From Caecitellus pseudoparvulus (Eukaryota > Protista > Bigyra: Bicosoecida), in NCBI GenBank assembly GCA_965644315.1, contig CBFFRQ010000089.1, positions 620,001 through 684,000 on the forward strand: a DNA stretch of 64,000 nt. Direction: 5' to 3'. Position 1 is the first letter of the stretch. Each line of letters starts with the position of its first letter. A program made the position numbers and the translations under genes. Positions 54,986 to 64,000 of this stretch are shown one piece after another. The notes under the pieces are model-generated. The model saw only the letters and a list, made by a program, of their open reading frames with translations, was not told the origin of the DNA and made no database searches.

Positions 54986-55577
54986 GGCGCTGCTTTGGCG
55001 GCTGGGGCAGGCTGGTCAAGGTTTGCACACAGCACGAAGTTGTCGGAGCCCTGGAGGCTAGGAGGCCGGCAGGACAGCCACAGGGCGACCACGCATTGGA
55101 ACATGTGCCTCGACAGAGTTCGGCTGTACTTGTTAATGTGCGCACGCGCTGACTGGCTCGTCGGTGCCTCCGCAATCGCTGCCTCCAAGCAAGCATTTCG
55201 ATGGAAGCCCGGCTCGCACCCGTCTTCTGTCCAAGACGCAGCAACTTGCAGCATATGCGAATTAGGGCACCTGATGCGGGCAGCGTCTCTCACCGCCACC
55301 TTCTGCAGGTGCATGCATCAACCCCTACCAGCGAATGCAGCCGTCTACAAGCACCCGCTGAGCCCACGAAGCTGCTGCTGGGTGTGGTTGGCTTCATGGA
55401 CATCATGCATTGCATTCGTGCCTGGCACTGTGCCTGCAGACGCCGTCAACAGTCCTCCTCAATCCATGCCCCCCCTCTCCCACACCATCATTCCGCCTCG
55501 CCTCACACCAGCAAGCCGAGCAGGCCCCTGGCCGAGCATGCAACACACTCCAGCCAGCCTGCTGTCAAACATTCACT

Positions 55578-56015
55578 TCAAGAGAAGCTGCGCGTGTGCA
55601 AAGCAGGAGGGCGTGTGTGGGTGCGGCGCAAGGGAAGGACACGCAGCGCGGGCGTGGTGCGGCACGACATTTCCCAGGCCAGGCGGACTTACCGAGGGTA
55701 CAAGTACGGGTTCTGGGGCTCGGCACCAGGCTTGGCCTCGACACACTGCACGTAGAGCAGGTACCGCTCGCGCATGACCTTCAGCAGGTCCACTCCCGAC
55801 GCGAAGGGGGGCGTGTGTGCCTTGCCAACCTTGGCAGTGTTGGTCAGGCCGGCCTGCGCGGCATCCATGGACACGCGCTGGTAGTCCACCCAGCGGCGCT
55901 TGCAGCGGGTGGAGCTGTCCACAGCTGGGTTTGTCAGCATGTACCCCTGCTCGTTCATGTACACGGGGTCTGCCACGACCTTGTCGAAGGCCGCCTTCTT
56001 CTGAGCCTCAGCCAT
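55578..56015 (-). CDS. Small protein (about 110 aa) with a two-Cys helical hairpin, paralogue 1
   Basis: Strong GC3 codon bias. STRCKRRWVDY...SGVDLLKVMRERYLLYVQC. A gtaagt intron probably adds a final RFS-stop. Confidence 0.65.
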
Positions 56016-56387
56016 GGTGCTGGTGTGGTGAGCAGGTGTGTCGACAGGGCTGCGAGGTGCCACAGCGGAGAGAGACCACACTGGCGGAGCAGGGTTGGAG
56101 TTGTCAAGGTACCGGGATGTGTGGCGGAGACGAAACTGCGGCGGGCCGGTGCCTCAGGTCCTGGGACACTCACGTGCTGAGCTTGTCCGCCATCGCACGC
56201 TGACACGCACAGCGGCGGGGAAAATGCAAACCTCGAACACCGTACACCACTCAAGTTACCTCTAACCACACAGCCCCCCCTCTTCTTGAATCTGGTTTGC
56301 CCTTTCCTCTCTTGGCACGGCTGTCGACGCAGCCCCGCAGTCCGAGGAAGCCAGCGCGGTGCCGGAGCACCAACACACCCAGCCAGC

Positions 56388-57211
56388 ATGGACTACCAGA
56401 ACCGCCATGCCTCCAAGCCGGGGGCTGGGGGACCGGCGTCTTCACAACAGACCGAGATAGAGCGCAAGGAGCGCTTGCGGCAACTGGCCATGGAGATGGT
56501 GGACTTGGACAAGGTACGGCGCAGCAATTTCCGCAGGGCACGTAGGCGCCCTTCCCGCCTGCGGCGGCACACCGAGCCGGCTTGCTGCGCCCTGTTGTGC
56601 AGGATCCATACATGTTCAGGAATCATGTCGGCCGCATCGAGTGCCGCCTGTGCCTGACGGTGCACCCCAACGAAGCAAACTACCTAGCCCACACACAAGG
56701 GCGGCGGCACCAGGCCAACGTGGCACGGCGCCGAGCCATGGAGGCAGCCGCTGAGAGCCGCTCGTATGCGCCGACGGCATCTGCCGCAGCCCCCGTGACG
56801 CGCACCATCAAGATCGGGCGCCCAGCGTACAAGGTGCTCAAGTCGCAGGACCCCAGCAGTGGGCAGTGGTGTCTGCAGTTCACAGTGCTGTACCCCGAGA
56901 TCGAGGCCGGCTTGCAGCCGCGGCACCGGTTCATGTCAGCCTACGAGCAGCGCGTGGAGGCCCCCGACAAGGCGTGGCAGTACCTTCTCTTCGCCGCGGC
57001 GCCGTACTCAACCATCGCCTTCAAGGTGCCGGCCAAGCCGGTGGACAAGGCGCCGGGCAAGTTTGAGACAGCGTGGGACGCCGACAGCAAGACGTTCACT
57101 CTCACCCTGCACCTGCTGACGGATGAGCAGGCCGCTGAGCAGGCAGCACGCCGGGAGGTGGGCCATGCGCCGCCCAGTAGTGTCCCCATCATCCACAATG
57201 TCCGCCGGTGA
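56388..57211 (+). CDS. SF3A2: Splicing factor 3A subunit 2 (SF3a66/Prp11)
   Basis: MDYQNR...ERKERLRQLA...DLDK|DPYMFRNHVGRIECRLCLTVH...YLAHTQGRRHQ; PRHRFMSAYEQRVE; intron 56514-56602. Confidence 0.97.
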
Positions 57212-57567
57212 GGAGGGGCGCTGGACCTTTTCAAGCAAGCAGCGAGGGTGTCAAGGGTGCAGCGGTGGCGTGGGGTGGCATAGAAGGCGTGCGTGGGGAG
57301 CAGCGGAGCACCAAGGTGCTGCCTGGCCAGCGACACCAGTCTGCGGAAATGCAGCGTGGCGGCGCGGCAGGCAGTGCGCCATCAGGCGTGCCCCGGCCCC
57401 CCACGGCCTGACGCCAATGCAAATGTAGCTAAGTTCTCCATTCAATCCCGCTGCCAGCATCCGCAGCAGGCCCAGGCGCCTGTCGTCCGTGGCAGCAGCG
57501 CACAGAGCCACTGCCACGCCAGCAGACACCCCCAACACGCAGGCAGTTGTCTGGCGCCACGAAGCGC

Positions 57568-57909
57568 TTAGCTGAGGCCTGCAATGCGCTCGTAGACACC
57601 CCCGTAAGAGCCCTGAGAAGTCACTGGCTTGTACAGGTTGGCGGGCTTCTTGCCCACCTTGGCCCACTCGGTGGACTCGGCAATGCACTGCGCCAGCACC
57701 AGCTGCTTCTCCCGCAGGATGCGAACCTGGTCGTCGCCAGAGACGTGCTTGGCCACGAAGGACTTGCCGTTGCCCATGTCCTGCTTGAAGAACATGAGGT
57801 CAGCGAACTGTGTGCGGCACATGGACGTCGGCAGCTGGGGGATGTACGAGCGGAAGGTGTCGTTCAAGACAGCGTTCTCCCACGCGGGGGTCTCATCGAC
57901 GTTGGCCAT
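57568..57909 (-). CDS. Small protein (113 aa) with a two-Cys helical hairpin, paralogue 2
   Basis: Strong GC3 codon bias. TSMCRTQFADL...SGDDQVRILREKQLVLAQC aligns with the protein at 55578-56015. Confidence 0.65.
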   Translation of the reverse strand: MANVDETPAWENAVLNDTFRSYIPQLPTSMCRTQFADLMFFKQDMGNGKSFVAKHVSGDDQVRILREKQLVLAQCIAESTEWAKVGKKPANLYKPVTSQGSYGGVYERIAGLS

Positions 57910-58284
57910 GGCGACAGAGGGTCCAGACGAGCCAATACGACAGTGTGGCACATCGGGCGGCAGTGCGACGGCTGGTTTGTAGGCGGGCGTATTGTGTCCA
58001 GTGATCCCAAGTGTGCCCGGCTCCGCCCTATCCGGGTGTCTGGCTGGAGGGGGTCCACACAGGGTAAACAGATACCCCCTCACAATGGGGTGTCTGGCAT
58101 CTCGGCAAGGAAGGTGTGGAAGCAGCACGCCAGACACCCCTGGGGTTCCCAATTGTAGTGGGCGATCGCGGTGGCCGGCGTGTGCGGAAATTGTGGAGGC
58201 CCCCATCGCTTAGTCGGCTTCAGCGCGAGCTGGCAAGACGGAGGAGGGGAGTCAGTTCTGCATTCATTGAGAGCATCAACAAAT

Positions 58285-59163
58285 CTACTCTGCAGCAGCC
58301 TTCTCGCCAGTGGCCTTGGCGGCCTTGGCGCGCTGAGCAGCGTACATGTTCTTGAGCTCCTCGCGCTTGGCCTTGGCGCGCTTGTTGGTGCCCAGCTGCG
58401 CAGTCAAGGGGGGCAAGCCAAGCGTGCTGCACGTGCAGCTGGGGGCAGCAAGCGGACCGGGAGGGTGCGCCAGGAGCAAGGACTCACGCGCTGCTTGGCC
58501 ATCTTGTAGGCGCGCTTCTCGACGTTGCCGCCGCCGGTCTGCACACGAAGGGGGGGGGAGGCCGTGTAAGTGTGAATCGTGTGTGTGCCGTGTTGGGACA
58601 CCGGTGGCGCTGTCAAGGCTGTTGCGGGGGAGGCCAGACGGTGAGCCAGGCGCCGCACCAGCACCCCCGCCGCCCGGCACAGCCACCACTGCACGCCCCC
58701 TGCCCCTCGCCAATGAATGCACCCAGGGGACACAGTGGAGTGCAGCAAACAATCTTCCAGGGCTGCTTCAAGCGAGGGGGGCGCCGGGCGCCTCCACTGG
58801 CACTTCCGATGGCAGCTGCAGTCCGCCGCAAACGCCGCACAGCACAACCGCCCTGGACGGCGAGGCAGGGACGCAGGCGACGTAAAACCCACCTTGATGA
58901 CCTCCAGGATGCGCTTCTCATAGGGTGCCAGGCCCATGGCAGCCTTCACGACCTCGCGCACGGTCTTCATGCGCTTGGTGGTGGTCTGCGGGGGGCGGGC
59001 GCAGAAACGTGTGCAGTGCCTGCCAGGGAACAGGGCCCGCCGCCCGCCAGAGGCAGCATTGCGGCACAAAACCACCCCCACGTACTCGTGCAGTGCGAGC
59101 CTTCTGCAGCTTGGTCACGACGTGGCCCTTGTTGGGGCCCACGGCGAAGCCAGAAGCGGGCAT
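58285..59163 (-). CDS. RPL36: 60S ribosomal protein L36 (eL36)
   Basis: GPNKGHVVTK; VREVVKAAMGLAPYEKRILEVIK; KRAYKMAKQR|LGTNKRAKAKREEL; three introns. Confidence 0.96.
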
Positions 59164-59331
59164 CTTGGTGTGTGTGTGCGGCTGGTGTGCAGCTGGAACA
59201 GGCTCTGACCGGAGGCAGGGCGCTGAGGGAGTAAATTCCTCACACGAGCGGCAGAGGGTGCTGGGTAAGTTAGAGATGTGTTCACTGACAAAAGTGACAC
59301 TTGTCGCACACTGCGCTTGGCTCCGACGCCG

Positions 59332-60487
59332 TCACTGCCCCGTTCCACCACCCTCCTTCTCGCCATCACTGTCTTGCTCTGCGCCCTGCATGCCCTGTTG
59401 CTCCTGGGCCTGCATGGCGCCTGCAAACACACTGCGCGCATCTCCCGCCCGAGTGGGCCCTTGCCAGTTCTTCCACAGGCCTTCATGTTGCGGACGGCAC
59501 TCCCCACGCAGCCAGGGCTCGATGGACCTGTGGGGGAACAGGGGCTACCTGTGCGCTGCCAGGGTGCGTCAGCGTGTTCGCCAGTGCTCACGAACCGGAT
59601 GTAAATCTCCACGTCTGTCCAGGCCTTGGCAGTGAAGGCCATGTCTGGGAACTCCGACACAAGCCCTGCGTTCCACCGGGCGCCCACAGTGCCGCGCCCC
59701 GTGGGCCCCGGCGAGAACATCTCCACGTGCACGATGCCCAAGCGCTGGGCAGCCTTGCCTTCCTTCACGTATCGGCCCTTGTAAAAGACCAAGTCACCCT
59801 CTTTCGCCTGCGGTGGGCCAGGTGGACGTTGGCGGCGTGGTCGCAAGGGCAGGGCCCACCGCGCACGTACCTCGCCCAGGGGCACCTCGTCTGGCAGAGT
59901 GTCGAACTGGAAGTTCTGGTTGTACCGAGCAAGCCTGAATCCGAAGCGCTCCTGCAGGTCGTGCTGTGCCTGCCGAATGAGCCCGCAGCTGCATGCGGGC
60001 AAGAGTTGCGGCGTGGAGCAAGCCGGCGCAGGCTCGCGGAGGCTTGACGCACCAGTCCAGGAAGAGCGGGGAGTCATACTCTGGAGAACCAGGCTCATGG
60101 TACTTTTGTGCATATGGCTGCAGCGCGCCAAGGGCAGCAGAGGCGTGGCGTGGCGCAGCGGCGTTTTGCGTGAAACGGCAGCTCACCGTGCCAATATACG
60201 ACCTGACCTGCTCCACGAAGGCTGCTCGCAAGGCCGCGCACTCCTCCCGTGTTTTACTCTTGGGTGTCTCAGCCTGAGCGGTCTTCACTGCCCTGGCTGC
60301 CTGTCTGCGATACTGTTTGAAGGCGTCTTGCAAGCTGCTGGCTCCGGACGCCTTGGGGACGCTGCGCCCCTCCTGTGTGACGGCACGCCAGGATGGGTGC
60401 CCCAGCGCATGCAGGGGCCGTCCTGCGGCAAGGGCTACGCACCATGTCAATCATGATACAGGCCGAGCCTGGCTTGCTCGCCGCCAT
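59332..60487 (-). CDS. NlpC/P60-family papain-like protein
   Basis: Spliced product: FVEQVRSYIGT|PYAQKY...LFLDC|CGLIRQ...NQNFQFDTL...KEGDLVFY...IVHVEMF, with catalytic Cys and His present. Confidence 0.75.
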
Positions 60488-60601
60488 GGCTCTTGGAGTC
60501 TGCCACAGCCGCCTCTGCCCACCGATGGAAATGCGCTCCGCTTCGCACGTGCATTGACGGGTGGAGTATGAGGCACGGGGGACACTGAGGCGCAGGCGCT
60601 G

Positions 60602-63600
60602 CTACCCCATCACAACACTGGGGGGCTTCAAACTGCGGTGCCCCCCCCCTCCCCTCGACGCCACCACGTGTTGTCCACGACTGCGCCCCAGCCCCAGCCC
60701 CGAGCCCGCCTGTGGCCGCACCAGCTTCCGATGCTGTTGCATGATGCTGGTGCTGGCGCTGGAGGGCAGAGCGTGCTCGGAGGGCCCACTGCCTGCGTGC
60801 CCCAGGGACTCGGCGCTGTGTGCGGCGGCTGAGAAAGGCGCTGCCAGGCTGCTCGGCCCGACACTGCCAGTGCCTGACGTGAGGGCAGACGCCATGGCAC
60901 GCGTGCTACCGCCCCGCGCAGTGGGGGGCTCCCTGCCGGACAGGCCGCCGCCGAAGGCTTCCGAGCGCGCCGTGGTGGGAGGGCCGTGCAGCTGGGCATG
61001 CGGCGGCGCAGCCCCCCCCTGCCCTGCCGTGACCCCCCCCTTGCCCGGGCCCAGCACAGGCAGAGCCCCCAGCAGGGGCGTGCCTGCCGTCGGCGCACCC
61101 AACGACAGCATGGGCAGGCCAGTGGAGGGCCCACCAGTGGACTGCTCTGAGCCCCTGCCCAGGGCTGAGCCTGCCGCCGAGAGGGGAGCTGCCATGAGGG
61201 AGGGTGCGGGGTCCAACGGCAGGTGCAGGGTGCCTGTGGTGCTGGCGGACGCCGTGCTGCGGGGGGTGGAGGAGGTGCCCGTGTGCCCCCGCCGCCCCTT
61301 GCGCCGGGAGGAACTGCGCCCCTTCCGGCGCGAGACTCGCCGTGACGGCACCTTGCTCTTGACACTGCCGAAAGCGCCGTCTGCCGCGCCAGAGGTGGCG
61401 GAGCCGGAGGCGGACGAGGCGCCCTTGCGGCGCCGGGACTTGCGGCCGGCCAGGCGCATCACCCCCGCATCAGACTTGCCGCCCTTGGAGCGGGAGGAGG
61501 CGGAGGGTGGCTCCACCTTGCCGCGCCGCTTGGCCAAGCGGTCCACCCAGCTCTCCACCTCGGGCTGCTTCCACATGAGGCCGCCCTTGCCGCTGCCCAT
61601 GCTGCTGCCGGTGTCCTTGCGAGACAGCCCGCCATCCGCCCCGAGGCTCACCTTGGTGGTGGCGTCAGTAGGGTGGACGCGCCGGGGGGTACCAGCGCCG
61701 CCCCCTGGTGGACTGGCTGCGTGCCCGACAGGCGTCAGCACCACATCAGAGTGCGTGGAGGAGATGGAGGTGTCGGCGGCACGCCCAGGGCGGGGCGTGG
61801 CCGAGTTGCTGTGTTCCCGCGCCTGTGTGACAGGCTCGTAGGAACGGCCTGTCCGCCGCATCTTGGTCGTGTGCCGAGTGTCCAGGCTGGTTTCACGACT
61901 GGGCCCACCGTGGGCAGGGCCGCCCACCTCCTCCTCTCCCTGCTCAACTGGCGGAGGCGGGGTGGGTGCCGACGGCATGGTGGGCAACTTGGGCTGGGCC
62001 GCCTCAGGGGTAGGCCCCGCCCCAGGGGGGGTCCGTGCGGGGGGGGGCGGTGAGGATGGGCTGACCCGCCCCTCCCCCCGCTCCCCCGACGTGGCCCCCC
62101 CTGCCCTGGCGCCGCCCAGGCTGTGCTGGGCGTGACTCGCCCCCCCACCCCCTGCTCCCCCCGTCCAGGCTCCCTGGCGCTGAGGGGCGCTGCAGTGACT
62201 GCCGCACTGCGGGCCAGGGGGGACCCAGTGTGCCCCCCCCCTCCTCTCGCCGTGTGCGGCAGGCGCTCCGAGGCGGAGGCGGTGCCGGTCAGGCTGGCGG
62301 CATCCCCCGTCAGGGCAGGCGGCAGGGCCAGGGAGGTGGGCGTGCCAGCCATGGCATCTGGCGTCGGGCCCCGGTGGCCGCCCAGGTCCCCCCCCCCCTT
62401 GTACTGCGCGAAGGGGTCCCCCGCCCCCCGCTGGGCGGCGATGGAGCGGCGCTGTGCACGGGAGGCAGCGGCGGTGGCCTTGGCGGCGGCGGCCTCCGCT
62501 GCGACCTTGGCAGCCGCCTCGGCCGCCACGGCGGCGTCCCTGCGCTTGCCCACCTTGACGAGGATGCGGGTGACTTGCTTGCGCTGCTCGGCGGTTTGGG
62601 GGGACGGCACGCCGCAGGGGGCGATGCGCATGTCGTGGAACATCTGCACCCACGCCATGGCGGCCATGGGCGGCAAGCCGTACATGATGCCCAGCATGAG
62701 GGACACCACCGTGCCCGTTCGCCCGTGACCGCCCCAGCAGTGCACGTATAGGTTCTCCCCCGCCTTCAGCCGGCGGCAGAGGTCGTAGGCGAGGGACAGC
62801 ACCTTGCCATCAGAGACAGTGGCGCAGTCCACGATGGGCAGGTGCACGAAGTCCAGGGAGTCGGGCTTGCGGCCCTCTGGGAAGTAGTCGGCAGGGCACG
62901 TCTCCAGCAGCTGCAGCGCGTCAAAGATGTACGGCCTGCGGGTGGGTCGGTTGGCGGGGGCATGCAGAGGGAGGCGCGGGGCGAGGGGCCCACACAGCCA
63001 CTCACCTCAACTTCTCCCCTGATCTCCACTGCTCCTCAGTCACGCCGTGGTGCTGGTACTCGCTCTGCAGGCAGACGAAGGTGGTCACGCCCAGCTCCAG
63101 GATGCTCGTGAGGATTTCGCTGTTCAGCTCGTCCTCCGTCGCACCAGGGTATGCGCCCACCAGCATGCGGGAGGGAATGACCCAATTCGACTCCTCTGTG
63201 GGGCCTGTGCAGCGAAAGGTGTGGCGGGTGCGCCTGGGAAGCTGCGCATGCGGGCCCGCGTTTCACCGTGCCCCATCATGCGGTGTAGGGTCGCCTGCTG
63301 CGCCCCCTGCCGCGAAGACCCCCTCAGAGCAGGCAGGTTGACACCACTATACACAGACACACAGCGTAGGCCGTAGGGCATGCAGCCACCTCGCGCGTGT
63401 GGCGGCGGCCAGCCTCGGCACAGCACGTTTCGGGCACATCGCGTGCGACTTCACGAACCTATGTAGCTGTCTGGGTCGATGGAAACGGGCGCCTCCAGGG
63501 GCGGCACATCTGCATAGTCTGCCAGTGGCTTGACTGGTTCGTCAGGGCGCTGCAGGATGAGGCGGGCCCCTGGGTTGCTGCGCAGCACGCGTTTCAGCGA

Positions 63601-63645
63601 CGGGCGCACGGAGGCCGCTTGGCCGGCGCCATGGGCACTGCGCAT
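60602..63645 (-). CDS. Dual-specificity/PTP-like phosphatase with long low-complexity C-terminal tail
   Basis: CX5R loop LYVHCWGGHGRTG; GPTEESNWVIPSRMLVGAYPG; HLPIVDC; SPQTAEQ. Multi-exon; start and tail splicing uncertain. Confidence 0.8.
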
Positions 63646-64000
63646 GAAGGCGGCCTGCGCTCAGGGCACCGTGCAGGGGAGGAACAGAGGAGGAGCCAGG
63701 CGGAACAAGTCAACTCTGGAGCATGCCCTGCGAGCAACCGAGCGTCAGGCACGCCATTCAGGGGAACTGAGCCGAATCGGTGCCTGGTTTTTGCGGCAGG
63801 AGGGTGTGTGTTTGAAGGGAAAACTAAGCCCAGACCCCGAGTGGACCATGCACCCACATCCAGCCAGCAGACTGTGTCCCGCCAGGAAAAATGAGGGTGA
63901 AGCCGAAGCTTGGCATCTCTGACTCGCTCCAGCTTTCTTTTCCGCCTCCGAGGCGTTGGTATTTGCGCGTTCATTTGAGCACCCATAGCACTTCGGCTAC

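Noticed and set aside
54995-55570. Overlapping ORFs between the histone-fold gene and small protein 1
   Set aside because: No motif or codon bias supports any frame; likely promoter or UTR sequence.
1-64000. Bacterial origin or operon, suggested by high GC and genes such as AlkD, DUF179, bL25, DCC1 and NlpC/P60
   Set aside because: Spliceosomal introns and eukaryote-specific genes (Sm D2, SF3A2, importin-alpha, kinesin, syntaxin, eL36) are interspersed throughout.

Overview
Gene-dense, GC-rich eukaryotic nuclear DNA with many short GT-AG introns (about 60-110 nt) and very short intergenic spacers. It is probably from a flagellated protist; a heterotrophic stramenopile is my guess, not established. 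About 30 protein-coding genes are recognisable, including meiotic HOP1/HORMAD, kinesin, SMYD, AlkD-like glycosylase, two head-to-head NFU1 paralogues, syntaxin, TRM8, DUF179, PIG-Z, importin-alpha, MIC10, SmD2, FAD2, bL25, biliverdin reductase-like, SF3A2, RPL36, NlpC/P60 and a PTP/DSP phosphatase. Highlights: (1) a spliced in-frame fusion of an Hsp70/90-clamp TPR domain to a prefoldin beta subunit; (2) a roughly 4 kb low-GC gene desert with a decayed Gag-like remnant (centromere candidate); (3) a 3,700-aa Sfi1-type centrin-binding protein still expanding in 99-nt units; (4) a strand-biased (AA)TTTCCGCAC motif in promoters and mostly first introns; (5) two divergent paralogous small proteins with a reduced twin-CX9C pattern; (6) an RPEL-Kelch fusion and a calmodulin-like protein with a (GPRPGG)n tail. 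No rRNA, tRNA or CRISPR array was seen. Exon boundaries were read by eye and family calls come from motif recognition, not database searches.
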